Shown: positions 21,480 to 32,320 of the stretch, piece by piece | Position numbering within the stretch: the stretch's first letter is position 1 | How the letters are laid out: each line of letters begins with the position of its first letter | Source of the DNA: an uncultured Chloroflexia bacterium | Lineage (GTDB): Bacteria > Chloroflexota > Chloroflexia > QHBQ01 > JADMIH01 | DNA length: 64,000 nucleotides | Reading direction: 5' to 3' | NCBI GenBank assembly: GCA_963797095.1 | Contig: CAWCNY010000004.1 | Location: 384,001 to 448,000 of the forward strand | Notes under the pieces: generated by a model | What the model saw: the letters and a program-made list of their open reading frames with translations, nothing else | What the model was told of the DNA's origin: nothing | The model's database searches: none | Made by a program: the position numbers and the translations under genes

Positions 21480-22286
21480 ATGAGCAAACAAAATATGACC
21501 AAAGGTGGCGCGCCACCGCGCAAAACCGGAAACAATCCGGCCCAAACGCGGAACAAGCAGGGTAGTTACTCTGCATCATCGAAGGGCGCTACGTCAGGCA
21601 CATCGACGAACCGGCCAGCCAATGGCGCATATACTAACCGGGCAGGAGCACAGGCACGGCCCCGAGCCGTTCAAGCCAAATCGAAAGGCGGTTTCCGCCT
21701 GCGCCCGCTCGATATTGCTCTTATTCTCGCGGGCGTTCTCATAGTGGGCTTCATTGTCTTTAGCGCGTTCCAGGTCCCACCCGTCCAGGTGGACGCCGGC
21801 GCGGGCGTGTCGTCAGATGCCACACACGTGCCTGTAGGTCAGGTCGCTCCCGACTTTACTGTGCAGAACATAGATGGCAGCAACTATACTCTCAGCGAGC
21901 ACAACGGCGATGTGAGAGTCCTCGAATTCATGGCGACGTGGTGCCCTCACTGCCAGGAAGAGACGCCTGTCTACAACCAAATTTATGACACCTATGTAAG
22001 CACGGGTAAGCCCGTGGAGATGATGGGGATCAACGCCACACCGAGAGGGCATGACAACACAAGCCCCGCCACCGTGGACGACCTCAAGTGGTTCCGCGAC
22101 AACATGGGTGCGAAATACCCGCTCATGTTTGACAAGGCGCTGGCATCTGCTCAGGCATATGGGGTGCTTTCCTATCCGTCCGTCTATATCGTTGACCAGA
22201 ACGGAAAGGTCGCATTCGAGCCACCGACTGACTCGCTGCCCACTTACGACCAGCTGGCGGCCAAAATCGACGAACTGTTGAAGTAA
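21480..22286 (+). CDS. Membrane-anchored TlpA / redoxin-family thiol-disulfide protein
   Basis: One TM helix, APDFT, FMATWCPHC (CxxC) and cis-Pro YPS. Confidence 0.85.
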   Translation: MSKQNMTKGGAPPRKTGNNPAQTRNKQGSYSASSKGATSGTSTNRPANGAYTNRAGAQARPRAVQAKSKGGFRLRPLDIALILAGVLIVGFIVFSAFQVPPVQVDAGAGVSSDATHVPVGQVAPDFTVQNIDGSNYTLSEHNGDVRVLEFMATWCPHCQEETPVYNQIYDTYVSTGKPVEMMGINATPRGHDNTSPATVDDLKWFRDNMGAKYPLMFDKALASAQAYGVLSYPSVYIVDQNGKVAFEPPTDSLPTYDQLAAKIDELLK

Positions 22287-22291
22287 CTTGT

Positions 22292-22317
22292 GCAGGGGCG
22301 AAGCGTGCTTCGTCCCT
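22292..22317. repeat. REP-like palindrome
   Basis: aggggcgaagc-gt-gcttcgtccct hairpin just after the stop codon. Confidence 0.45.
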
Positions 22318-22331
22318 TCTTTGGACCCAAC

Positions 22332-22952
22332 ATGGCAAATATCACCACACACGACGAAGCCTGGGATCCCGATCAGGCCGGCGAACAGGCGCTCGCAACC
22401 GGTTCGACTTGGGACCGAATACGCGACTTCCTGACAGGCCCCTACCCGACTCTCATATCACGGTTGGTTTTGGGCAGCATTTTGCTGTTGGCAGGTATCA
22501 CCAAGTTGGGCGTGCCCGAAACAATGAGACAGAGCATCCTGGCCTATGAGATACCCTTGCCCGATTTTCTGGTAAGCGCGATGTCCGTCGGCATGCCTAT
22601 TTTGGAAGTGGGCCTGGGGGCATGGCTGCTGCTGGGGCTGTTTACCCGCTTTTCAGGGGCAGCAAGCGCGGTGTTCATGGCTATCTTCACAATCGCCATC
22701 ACATCAGCATGGCTGCGCGGCCTCGATATTAGCTGCGGCTGCTTCGGCGGCGCACAAGCTAACGGACTTGGGCTTGCTCTGCTCAAGGCCCTCGGCCCGA
22801 TTGGGGATTACCTGGCTAACGAAAAGGCCAACCTCGAAACAATCCTGCGTGATGTCGTGCTCACGCTGATGGGCGTGCACCTTGTTTTCGTGCCCACCAT
22901 CTTCAGCCTGGACCGGCTGCGTCAGCGCGCCGCCGAACAAGAAGAAGAATAG
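22332..22952 (+). CDS. MauE/DoxX-family redox membrane protein
   Basis: RLVLG..LLAGITKL, PILEVGLG, RGLDISCGCFG and RDVVL. Confidence 0.85.
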   Translation: MANITTHDEAWDPDQAGEQALATGSTWDRIRDFLTGPYPTLISRLVLGSILLLAGITKLGVPETMRQSILAYEIPLPDFLVSAMSVGMPILEVGLGAWLLLGLFTRFSGAASAVFMAIFTIAITSAWLRGLDISCGCFGGAQANGLGLALLKALGPIGDYLANEKANLETILRDVVLTLMGVHLVFVPTIFSLDRLRQRAAEQEEE

Positions 22953-23003
22953 GCTGACGGCTTCCCACGTAGACAACACTCACCCTGCAACTGACAACCA
23001 ACC

Positions 23004-23777
23004 ATGAGAAGACCCATAATCGCCGGCAACTGGAAGATGAACAAGGACCCGGACGAAGCCTTCGAGTTAATGGACGATATGCTCGAAGACCTCGATGTAA
23101 TAGAGGGGGTGGATGTTGTGATCTGCCCACCCTTCCCATCGATTGAAACCTTCGCCGATTTGTTCGATGGCACTACCCTCTTTTTGGGTGCGCAGAACAT
23201 GTTTTGGCACGATAAAGGCGCATACACCGGCGAGGTGTCGCCGCTCATGCTCAAGGGTAGATGCGATTACGTGATCCTTGGACATTCGGAGCGCCGACAG
23301 TACTTCCACGAAACCGATGAAGACGTGCGTAAGAAGGTAGACGCCGCCCTTCGACACGCTCTCGCGCCGATAATCTGCATAGGCGAGAACCTGGAGCAGA
23401 ACGAGGCAGGCGAGACTCTGAGCGTGATCGAGCGTCAGGTGACCGCCGCGTTCGATGGCCTCACAATGGAGGATGCGCTGAAATGCGTTATCGCTTACGA
23501 GCCGATTTGGGCGATCGGTACGGGACGCCCCGCCACCGGCGAAGGTGCCAATATGGTGGCAGCCGAGATCAGGCGGCTAGTCGGCGAGATGCACGGCTCT
23601 ACGGTAGCCGATGAGCTTCGGATTCAATACGGGGGCAGCGTGAACGCGACTAATATAGCGGAGTTCGTATCTCAACCCGAGATCGACGGGGCGCTGGTGG
23701 GCGGCGCATCCCTGGACCCAGAGCAGTTCGTGCGCATCGTAGCCACCACACAAGATGTCTATCGCAAGATAACCTGA
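23004..23777 (+). CDS. tpiA: Triose-phosphate isomerase
   Basis: AGNWKMN, GHSERR, AYEPIWAIGTG, YGGSV and LVGGASL. Confidence 0.98.
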   Translation: MRRPIIAGNWKMNKDPDEAFELMDDMLEDLDVIEGVDVVICPPFPSIETFADLFDGTTLFLGAQNMFWHDKGAYTGEVSPLMLKGRCDYVILGHSERRQYFHETDEDVRKKVDAALRHALAPIICIGENLEQNEAGETLSVIERQVTAAFDGLTMEDALKCVIAYEPIWAIGTGRPATGEGANMVAAEIRRLVGEMHGSTVADELRIQYGGSVNATNIAEFVSQPEIDGALVGGASLDPEQFVRIVATTQDVYRKIT

Positions 23778-24004
23778 TCTCGCCAATTCTCATTGATAAT
23801 CGCGCGCCTGACCGCTTGTTCGGCACCCTGACTCCACGTCATTTGCTGTATAATTCAGGTGAATCAAGTATATTTGCAACCCCTGATGCGAGAGGGGCAA
23901 GCGGCATCATCCTCACTACTTGGCATTCGCACCAACGGTCATACAGCAGCGTCCGGCTTACCCCTCCCACCGCAGGTGGCTGCCCACCATCGGAGGGCAA
24001 AAGC

Positions 24005-25360
24005 ATGGCTCGAACACATATTGTTGGCAAGCAAACACATGCCGGACCCATAGCAGATCGGTCACCCGGCATTGCACGCGCCCTTATAAGAGACTTATTT
24101 GGCCCCACAACCCAACGGCATTTCAACGTGCGCTACTGGGACGGCACAGTTGAACGAGGCGGCGAAGACAACACACCACGATTTACGCTCATTTTGAAGC
24201 GGCCCGAAGCCTTGCGACGGATGCTGCTGCCGCCCAGCCAGCTAGCCATAGGTGAAGCCTACCTGCGTGACCATTTCGACATCGAAGGGAGCATGGAAGA
24301 AGCCGTCGCAACTGCCGACCGCCTCGCAGAGCGATTAGGGTCTCCATTGGCATTGGCGCGGGTAGCAGCAAGAGTCCTGGCGCTACCGGCCGGTACCCAC
24401 AAAACCGTAGCAGACCAGGCACGAGGAGAGGTGCATCTGGAAGGCGGCTTGCACAGCCGGAAGCGTGACGCAGCTGCGGTGCGCTATCACTATGACGTTG
24501 GCAACGACTTCTATGCGCTGTGGCTGGACAAGCAGATGGTCTACTCGTGTGCCTACTTCGACACAGGCACGGAGAGCGTCGATCAGGCGCAGGAAGCCAA
24601 ACTCGACTATATATGCCGCAAGCTAAGGCTTCAACCTGGTGAAAGGCTGCTAGACATCGGCTGCGGCTGGGGGGGCCTGGTAAGGCATGCTGCCCGTCAT
24701 TACGGTGTGAAGGCGCTGGGCATCACGCTAAGCGAACCGCAAGCAGCACTGGCCCGTCAGCGAATCGTGGGAGGCGGCCTTGAGCATGATTGCCGCGTGG
24801 AGATACGAGACTACCGAGAATTGGACGAAGCGCCATTTGACAAGATCGTGAGCGTAGGGATGGTCGAGCACGTCGGGCACGAAAAGCTGCCGCTTTACTT
24901 CAAGCAGGCGTACAAGCTGCTCAAGCCGGGCGGGTTATTCCTGAATCACGGCATAGTAACAGTGTCAAGCGGCCAACAAGGCCTGGGCGCATGGGCACGT
25001 AGCAAGTTGTGGCGCGAAGGCGAGTTCATCAGCAAGTACGTCTTCCCTGACGGCGATCTAATCCCGACTGGCCAGGTGCTAGACTATGCCGAAGATGCCG
25101 GCTTCGAGGTGCGCGATGTGGAGAGTCTGCGCGAGCACTATGCACTGACCCTACGCCACTGGGTCAGCAGATTGGAAGAGCACCACGAGGAAGCCGCCAG
25201 ACTGGTCGGCGAACCAACATACAGGGTGTGGCGTATGTATATGTCAGGCTCTGCGCACGGCTTCGCCTCCGGAAGCCTGGGAATCGTGCAATCGCTGTTG
25301 TCCAAACAAAAAGAAGGCGGAGAGTCCGGACTTCCGCTTACGAGAGCTGACTTGTATTAG
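24005..25360 (+). CDS. cfa: Cyclopropane-fatty-acyl-phospholipid synthase family methyltransferase
   Basis: HYDVGNDFY, YSCAYF, LDIGCGWG, SVGMVEHVG, YVFPDG and HYALTL. Start at ATG 24005 after GGAGG. Confidence 0.9.
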   Translation: MARTHIVGKQTHAGPIADRSPGIARALIRDLFGPTTQRHFNVRYWDGTVERGGEDNTPRFTLILKRPEALRRMLLPPSQLAIGEAYLRDHFDIEGSMEEAVATADRLAERLGSPLALARVAARVLALPAGTHKTVADQARGEVHLEGGLHSRKRDAAAVRYHYDVGNDFYALWLDKQMVYSCAYFDTGTESVDQAQEAKLDYICRKLRLQPGERLLDIGCGWGGLVRHAARHYGVKALGITLSEPQAALARQRIVGGGLEHDCRVEIRDYRELDEAPFDKIVSVGMVEHVGHEKLPLYFKQAYKLLKPGGLFLNHGIVTVSSGQQGLGAWARSKLWREGEFISKYVFPDGDLIPTGQVLDYAEDAGFEVRDVESLREHYALTLRHWVSRLEEHHEEAARLVGEPTYRVWRMYMSGSAHGFASGSLGIVQSLLSKQKEGGESGLPLTRADLY

Positions 25361-25383
25361 GAAGTTGGCTGATGAAGCCCATA

Positions 25384-28300
25384 TTACGGAGACTCTTCTA
25401 AACGAGAATCATTACTGGTTTCGTCTTCAGAAGCTTGCTCCCCCTTTTGCTCTTCAGCGGGTCCAAACCCCAGAGTATAAGCCATCTCCACTACCCCGCG
25501 ACGCATCATCCTATCGGCTTCCTGGAGACCGCCAAGCAGAGGGTTTTCCGGGTTCTGATGGATGAACATATCGCGGACCTGGCGCATAATATCCAGCGTC
25601 TTGTTGAAGGTCATCACGAGGTCGCCTTCGCTCATGTCCATGCTGTCGAGCAGGTCGGCCAGCGATGTACCCTTACACCAGGCACGGGCTGCCCCAAAAA
25701 AGAAAGGGTTGTAACCGGGCGTGAGGCGCAGATCCTGCCTCCGCTCGGCCTGAAAGATGGCATTTTGCAGGTCATCCAATTCTCGGCGGAGGTTGACTAT
25801 GTATCGAGGTAGCAGCAAGCGGTTCAGGAAGTCGATGTCCCTGTCATACGCAAACCACGAGAATATCTCGGCCAGGTCCTCAGGCTTAAGGCCCTCAAGA
25901 TAGTTGCCCTCAATCATCTCGGTGATCATCAATGCGTTCGAGTCGAAGATATCGGCCAATTTCCTGGCCTTGTCGGTAAGCGCACCTTTGCGGATATAGC
26001 TGAACTGCACCAGCACATTCACCAGTCCATTCAGTGTATTTTGCAGGCGTGTTTCCTCGTAGCGGCGGCTCTCCTGTAGCCTGCGCTCCGCCGCATCGCG
26101 GTCGAGCATAAGACGGGCGCGTTGTCGCCTGTACTGCCGGTGCTCCTTGCGCACCTTACAGGCATGGCAGACATGATTGCGTTCGGCCTCGGCAGCACCT
26201 TGCACCTCTCGGCGCGCTTGTTCCAGGCCGGCTTGCGCCTTTTCGGCTGCCGCTCCAACCTGCGCCGATAGATTTGCACGGTACTCAGCGATCCACTCCT
26301 CCAGATCGGGTAATTTCTCCAAAGCCGCTTTCAATTCCGCTTCAAGTGCGGCCATTTCGTCGGCGGGGAGGAGTTGATCCAATGGGACAGTGGGGGGTAC
26401 GGCCAGGGTGGTCAGCGCAGAAGGTAACGATACTGAGACCCCAGGCTCAGGCAGGTAATCTATCTGCCGGTACTCGGTCACAGGCAAGACGGATGAGCCT
26501 TGTAACTTGGGACTCCCATCTTTGGACCTTGGATTGTCCGGCGGTGCAACTTCAAGGAAAAGTCCGACCACCGCGCCGAGGCCATGACCCAGGTAGACAG
26601 CCCAACCGCGATTCGCCAGGTGCATGAGAGCGCCCTTGTGAATAGTTCTGAAGGCACGGCGAAGTTCGTCCCGCTCAGGTCTGCGCCACGGGATTCCTTC
26701 CCGCTGGGACTGGAGGTAGAGTAAGTTCTGCTCGGCTTTCTTTTCCATGCGACGCGCTTCGTCGAGCACGCGTCCTAGCTTTTCATATTCGTCCAGCAGC
26801 TCTTCGCCGTTCTCGTATCCAATCAGGCAACCTACGGGCACTTCGGCCAGCCGTTCTTCCTCCTCATCCAGGTCTTCCTCGAGGTCACGAAGTCGTCTGT
26901 TTTGCTGAAACTGCAGAAGGGATGCACGCATGACACTCAATACCCGCTCCTCAGGGGACGTTCCTGGCGATGTTTGCGCGCCAGCTATCCTTGGTTCTCC
27001 CTCAGGCAGTGCTTCGTATGTCGTGCTTCGTCCTTCGTCCAGCACCCGTGGTGTCTCCCACAGATTGAGCACTGTGTTGTAGCGCATTGTGAACGCACTC
27101 TCGACGGGGCGGAGCGGCCCCGTGGCTATGTTCAGCGCCTCGTGAAAGGTGACGAATGGCGAGTACGGGATTACAACGTGGCCCTGCTCGTCGATACCTC
27201 TGCGACCTGCCCTGCCTGCCATCTGCTGGAACTCGTTGGGCAGCAGCGGCCTCTTGCTCACACCGTCCCATTTGCTCATGCGCCCGATAACCACTGATCG
27301 CGCAGGCATATTCACACCGAGCGCGAGGGTATCGGTCGCGAATACCACCCGCATCAATGCTTCACCGAATAGCTCCTCGACCAGTTGCTTCAAGATCGGA
27401 AGTAGTCCGGCGTGATGAAAACCAAATCCACGCCTCGCCAGGTAGACCACCAGCTGCACCTGCTCAAGATGCCTATCCTCAGGTGACAGGCGCTCAAGGT
27501 AACTGGCCAATATATCGTTGATACGAGCCAGTGTGCGAGGGTCGCGCACGGCTTGCAAGCGCATCATCGCACAGACCTCGGCGGCCGCCTCACAGTCGCG
27601 GCGCGAGAACTGGAAGAAGATCGCGGGCAGCAGGTCGTCCTTCTCCAACGTTTCCACGATCTCGCGTGGGGTCGGCTCGGTACGCTCTCTGCTTATGCGC
27701 TCCTCCTCAAGTATGGGAGCGCGCCTGTTGCCCCGCAGCTGCTTCTTGCGCGTCTCGCCTCCCACATTGAAATCGACCACCTGTTGTCCCTTGGAGTTGA
27801 TTACTAGATTGAGCTTCCCGTCAAGAAAATAGTAAAGGGAGAGAGGCACCGCGCGCTTGAGGTGCGTCACAAGGTGGATGGGGCGGTGCGTCCTGCTTAT
27901 CCAATCAGCAACTTCGGGCGCATTGCTCACCGTGGCCGACAGGCACACAAGTTGGATGTAGTGCGGGCACATGATGATCAACTCTTCCCAGGTAGTACCA
28001 CGCTCAGGGTCGGCCAGGTAGTGTATCTCGTCAAAAATAATGCAGCCCACATCCCAAAGCTCAGAGGGGGTTTGCAGGAGCATATTGCGCAGCACCTCGG
28101 TGGTCATAACCATGATCTGGCCGTGGCGGTTCTCGATGATGTCACCTGTGAGCAGGCCCACGCGATCGGCCCCGTACTGGTCGCGCAAGTCGCGGAACTT
28201 CTGATTGGAGAGTGCCTTGATGGGCGTGGTATACATCACCCGCAATCCCTTCTGGGCCATCCTGAACACCCCGAACTCGGCCACCACGGTCTTGCCCGTG

Positions 28301-28491
28301 CCGGTCGGTGCGGCCACCATCACGCTCTCATCACTCGCCAGGTGGGTGATAGCCTCCTCCTGGAATGCATCTAAGAGAAATGAGTAGCGCGAGCGGAACT
28401 CTCTTAGAAGTTCGTCGGATACGCGATTTCGGGTCTGAGAGTGTTGTTCTTCGGGAACAGGAACAGGAAGTTGTTTAGGTTTCTTTGGCAT
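25384..28491 (-). CDS. Ski2/HelY-family DExH RNA helicase
   Basis: APTGTGKT, PIKALSNQK, DEIH, SAT, HHAG and QMAGRAGRRG; C-terminal DSHCT-like region. Confidence 0.92.
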   Translation of the reverse strand: MPKKPKQLPVPVPEEQHSQTRNRVSDELLREFRSRYSFLLDAFQEEAITHLASDESVMVAAPTGTGKTVVAEFGVFRMAQKGLRVMYTTPIKALSNQKFRDLRDQYGADRVGLLTGDIIENRHGQIMVMTTEVLRNMLLQTPSELWDVGCIIFDEIHYLADPERGTTWEELIIMCPHYIQLVCLSATVSNAPEVADWISRTHRPIHLVTHLKRAVPLSLYYFLDGKLNLVINSKGQQVVDFNVGGETRKKQLRGNRRAPILEEERISRERTEPTPREIVETLEKDDLLPAIFFQFSRRDCEAAAEVCAMMRLQAVRDPRTLARINDILASYLERLSPEDRHLEQVQLVVYLARRGFGFHHAGLLPILKQLVEELFGEALMRVVFATDTLALGVNMPARSVVIGRMSKWDGVSKRPLLPNEFQQMAGRAGRRGIDEQGHVVIPYSPFVTFHEALNIATGPLRPVESAFTMRYNTVLNLWETPRVLDEGRSTTYEALPEGEPRIAGAQTSPGTSPEERVLSVMRASLLQFQQNRRLRDLEEDLDEEEERLAEVPVGCLIGYENGEELLDEYEKLGRVLDEARRMEKKAEQNLLYLQSQREGIPWRRPERDELRRAFRTIHKGALMHLANRGWAVYLGHGLGAVVGLFLEVAPPDNPRSKDGSPKLQGSSVLPVTEYRQIDYLPEPGVSVSLPSALTTLAVPPTVPLDQLLPADEMAALEAELKAALEKLPDLEEWIAEYRANLSAQVGAAAEKAQAGLEQARREVQGAAEAERNHVCHACKVRKEHRQYRRQRARLMLDRDAAERRLQESRRYEETRLQNTLNGLVNVLVQFSYIRKGALTDKARKLADIFDSNALMITEMIEGNYLEGLKPEDLAEIFSWFAYDRDIDFLNRLLLPRYIVNLRRELDDLQNAIFQAERRQDLRLTPGYNPFFFGAARAWCKGTSLADLLDSMDMSEGDLVMTFNKTLDIMRQVRDMFIHQNPENPLLGGLQEADRMMRRGVVEMAYTLGFGPAEEQKGEQASEDETSNDSRLEESP

Positions 28492-28636
28492 AGGTTGGTT
28501 AGTAGGACCAGGAGTAAATGGGATAGACTAATCTACTTCAAAAGTGTGTTATACTATTTTCCTGAGGCAATATACTGCACTGACACCGGCTATAAAGTGC
28601 GGCCGGTAGTTTATTGTGCTGGCAAAGGAGGACCCG

Positions 28637-30904
28637 ATGGGAGCTTCTGATAATAGGCATTTCATGTCAGCGTTGCGGCGAGGTCTTCTTGTGTGTGGAG
28701 CAGTCCTACTTTTGCTGGTTAGCATATTGATTGTAACATCCACCTCCAGGGCGTCAAGTGATTACTCACCCTACCTTGCACCATGCCCGGCGTGGGCAAT
28801 TGATTCTACACCGAGCGAAGGTACCTTGGGCAGCGTTCTATCTTCGGTATCGGCAGTATCCGCCAATGAGATATGGGCCGCAGGCTACACAATATATCAG
28901 CAGGTGGGACCGGACACCTCTTATAAGAATCTTGTAGAGCGCTGGGATGGCACTGCCTGGCAGATCATATCTACACCAAATCCGGACGCAACCACTAATT
29001 ATCTCAATGCAGTACTCGCATTCTCCAGCCAGGATGTGTGGGTCTCAGGTACCGGCGGAGGCGGTGACAAGCCACAGCCATTTCTGCTTCATTGGGATGG
29101 TCAGCAATGGAACAATGCCACGCTTCCGGCGCTTGATCCCTCTGGCAATGAGTTGTACGCCCTTGCGGGAACAGGACCACAGGATATATGGGCTGTAGGG
29201 AGTATCGGCTGCAATAAGTGCAAGACCGAACACAGCTTGGTGCTTCACTACAACGGTGTGGACTGGCAATCGGTAGGTGTGTACGCAGGTGCATACGCTG
29301 ATGCTATCTTTGGCATGTCAGTGCTCTCGCCAACAGAAGTATGGTTTGCTGGGTACCAAGTTGGGGATGAGGTGCAGCCTCTAACAATGAGATGGGATGG
29401 TCAACACATAGAGAATATTGAGACTATTGTACTACCTGGAAACAGAGGCATCCTGCTGGCGATTAAGGCTCTGAGTTCTTCTGATGTTTGGGCGGTCGGC
29501 TATTCGAACACGTATAAGACGGCAAGTCAGAAGCACAAGCTGCTAATTCACTTCGACGGCGAGTACTGGCAGGAGATCAGCTCCCCAAATCCTAGCGAGG
29601 AAGGAGCTCAATTGAATGCAATTGATGGCAGCGGACCGAACGATATTTGGGCAGTAGGTTCCTTCATCGCATCTGCCAAGCCATATGCGTTCATTCTGCA
29701 CTACGACGGCCATACATGGTCCCAATCTGACAACCCCAATCCCGGCGATCACGCCACTCTCTACAGTGCTTCAGTAACACCTAATGGCGACCTGTATGCT
29801 TCAGGCTGTCAATCAGGAGCTGGTGGATTGGAGCAAACGGCCACGCTTGTCGAGCGCTACACAGACAATTGCACACAACCACCATCCACTGCAGTACCGA
29901 CTGCTTCCAGCCCGACAAATACTCCCACACTGATACCAACGGTTCAAATTCCAGGGACGAGCAGCCGTACTTTTCCAGAAACAGATGAGACTTTAAACGG
30001 CGTATTTCTTGATTATTGGCAGCAAAATGGTGGATTAGCCCAACAAGGTTATCCTATTTCCGGTCTTATTGGCGAGATTTCGCCTTTAGACAAGAAGCCT
30101 TACACTGTGCAATACTTCGAGCGTGCGGTATTTGAATATCACCCTGAGAACCAACCACCATACGAGGTGCTTCTATCGCAGCTTGGCAGATTCCAATATG
30201 ATCAGAAGTATCCGGATGGTGCTCCAAACCAAAGACCGAGCACAAGCACGGATTCGGTGCTCTTCTCAGAAACCGGCAAGCGTCTTGGTGGCAGGTTCCT
30301 GCAATACTGGCAGCAGAATGGCGGATTGACCCAACAAGGTTACCCTATTTCCGATGAGTTCGATGAAAAGTCGGACCTTGATGGCAAAATATACACTGTC
30401 CAATACTTCGAGCGTGGCGTGTTTGAGTATCATCCTGAGAACCAACCACCATACGACGTACTACTCTCGCAACTTGGCACATTTCGGTACAAAGTACAAT
30501 ACGGTGGAGAAACGCAAGCACATTCTACACCTACAAATCAGCCCCAAATTACCCCTACAGCTACGCTGGTGGTCCCGCAAGCGACGGCGACCGCAACAGG
30601 GCCATGTGACGGCATACCAGATGGCGATCCCGATATTGAGTTCCTGAGCGGACGCTGTGTCTACAGAGGCGCAGTTGTGAAGACTCGGGTGCGCTCATTC
30701 GATAGTGAGCAAATAGTGGTCACCGTATATGGTCCTGATTCAGATACACTCCATGATCCCTCACAACGAGTGTACATTCGGGGTCAAGATTATGTCGACG
30801 TAAATTTCGGTACTGTTGATAAAGAACCCGGTATTTATAGAGTAACAGTAGAGGGCGTCACCACACACCGGAAGGGTAGTACCTACTTCAAAGTAATACC
30901 CTAA
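28637..30904 (+). CDS. Secreted beta-propeller repeat protein with a Pro/Thr linker and two 'FPETG..GYPIS' repeat domains
   Basis: Signal peptide; repeated (D/E)xWAVG...HWDGxxW units; duplicated YWQQNGGLxQQGYPIS...YFER units; AAGGAGG RBS. Confidence 0.8.
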   Translation: MGASDNRHFMSALRRGLLVCGAVLLLLVSILIVTSTSRASSDYSPYLAPCPAWAIDSTPSEGTLGSVLSSVSAVSANEIWAAGYTIYQQVGPDTSYKNLVERWDGTAWQIISTPNPDATTNYLNAVLAFSSQDVWVSGTGGGGDKPQPFLLHWDGQQWNNATLPALDPSGNELYALAGTGPQDIWAVGSIGCNKCKTEHSLVLHYNGVDWQSVGVYAGAYADAIFGMSVLSPTEVWFAGYQVGDEVQPLTMRWDGQHIENIETIVLPGNRGILLAIKALSSSDVWAVGYSNTYKTASQKHKLLIHFDGEYWQEISSPNPSEEGAQLNAIDGSGPNDIWAVGSFIASAKPYAFILHYDGHTWSQSDNPNPGDHATLYSASVTPNGDLYASGCQSGAGGLEQTATLVERYTDNCTQPPSTAVPTASSPTNTPTLIPTVQIPGTSSRTFPETDETLNGVFLDYWQQNGGLAQQGYPISGLIGEISPLDKKPYTVQYFERAVFEYHPENQPPYEVLLSQLGRFQYDQKYPDGAPNQRPSTSTDSVLFSETGKRLGGRFLQYWQQNGGLTQQGYPISDEFDEKSDLDGKIYTVQYFERGVFEYHPENQPPYDVLLSQLGTFRYKVQYGGETQAHSTPTNQPQITPTATLVVPQATATATGPCDGIPDGDPDIEFLSGRCVYRGAVVKTRVRSFDSEQIVVTVYGPDSDTLHDPSQRVYIRGQDYVDVNFGTVDKEPGIYRVTVEGVTTHRKGSTYFKVIP

Positions 30905-30907
30905 CGA

Positions 30908-32317
30908 CTACGAAGATGCCTTTGCAAGGCGGGCGAAGAGCCTCCCCCAATAACGCAGGCTGGTACGGTAGTGGTCTAGCCGTACATGCTCGTTGGGAGA
31001 GTGGATAGCGGAGCCTTCGTAGCCGGGACCGCAAATCTTGGCGGTAGGAATCCCCAGCCCATTGGCGATCAATGCGAAGGGGCCGCTACCGCCCGTCATC
31101 GGCTGGGCCGACGCACCTCCAGCTTCCAGTTCATCCCACACCAACAGAGCATCCTTGATAAACGGGTGGTCAACAGGTGTCTTGCCCGGCACGCGTCCCC
31201 CAAGCATGACCAGTTGCACGTCTGTGAAGCCGCGCCTGTCAAGATGGGCACGAATAAGCTCCATCATCTTCTCAGGTGATTGTGTTGGCACCAGGCGAAA
31301 GTCCATCTTCGCGACGGCCGTGGACGGCACAATCGTCTTGGAACGCGGGCCGCTGTAGCCGCTCACCAAGCCCTGGATGTTGGCCGTCGGCCCAAAGAGG
31401 CGCGCGCGCAATACATCACGCCCTGTAAGGCCCCTCTGCCAATGGCCCAGGCCATAAAGCTTCTTGAGGGCTTCTTCGTCAAACGGCATGGCATCTAGGG
31501 CGGCAAGATCTGTTGGCGTCGGAGGCTCAATCAGGGCGTCAAGACCGTCAAGGGTAATCCTGTCGTCGCTATCCTTGATAGTGGCAAGCGCCTGCACTAA
31601 TCGCCACGCGGGATTGGGGACGATGCCTCCATCGCGCGAATGCACGTCACGGACCGGGCCGGTTGCTCTCAATTCCACATTCAAAAGCCCTTTCTGGCCG
31701 CAGATCACCACCGGTTGCTCTAGCTCATTGCGGCTGCCGTTCTCCCATGCGCAGAAATCGGCCTGAAGGCGAGATGCATTGGTAAGCACAATGTCTCCCA
31801 AGTGAGGGCTTGTTATCTCTTCCTCTCCCTCTATCAGCCAGCGCAGGCGCAGCGGCAGTGCGCCAATCGTGGACTCGTAGGCACGTATGGCCTGAATGCG
31901 CCCAAGCAAGTCGCCCCTATCGTCAGCCACTCCTCGCGCATAGAACTTGCCATCTCGGACTTCCCCTGCGTAGGGAGGGCTATCCCACAATTCAAGAGGC
32001 TCCGGCGGCTGCACATCGTAGTGGTTATAGAGGAGGAGAGTGCGCGCACCGCTGCCAAGTTCGCCCAATATCACCGGCGCACCATCGTCAACAGGTACAA
32101 TCTCAGAATTCGCTCCAAGCTGATCCAGCTTGCGCTTTACCATTGCTACGCTTTCGGCGATCCCGATCTTCTGACCGGCAAGCGCGGGCTGGGCGCAAAA
32201 CTCGCGCAACTCAGCGATGAACTCTTCAAAATGTGCATCTATATAGCGGTCATAAGCCCGGAATTCCCTGAGTTCTGCTTTTTGCATTGAGGTTCCTTGT
32301 ACATCAGATGACGCCAT
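30908..32317 (-). CDS. M20/M25/M40 family metallopeptidase (ArgE/DapE-like)
   Basis: YNHYDVQP, ARGVADDRG, EGEEE and HSPNEH. Confidence 0.9.
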   Translation of the reverse strand: MASSDVQGTSMQKAELREFRAYDRYIDAHFEEFIAELREFCAQPALAGQKIGIAESVAMVKRKLDQLGANSEIVPVDDGAPVILGELGSGARTLLLYNHYDVQPPEPLELWDSPPYAGEVRDGKFYARGVADDRGDLLGRIQAIRAYESTIGALPLRLRWLIEGEEEITSPHLGDIVLTNASRLQADFCAWENGSRNELEQPVVICGQKGLLNVELRATGPVRDVHSRDGGIVPNPAWRLVQALATIKDSDDRITLDGLDALIEPPTPTDLAALDAMPFDEEALKKLYGLGHWQRGLTGRDVLRARLFGPTANIQGLVSGYSGPRSKTIVPSTAVAKMDFRLVPTQSPEKMMELIRAHLDRRGFTDVQLVMLGGRVPGKTPVDHPFIKDALLVWDELEAGGASAQPMTGGSGPFALIANGLGIPTAKICGPGYEGSAIHSPNEHVRLDHYRTSLRYWGRLFARLAKASS

Positions 32318-32320
32318 GCC

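Noticed and set aside
29990-30490. Direct repeat of about 180 bp
   Set aside because: Explained by the internal protein domain duplication; not a mobile-element or CRISPR repeat.
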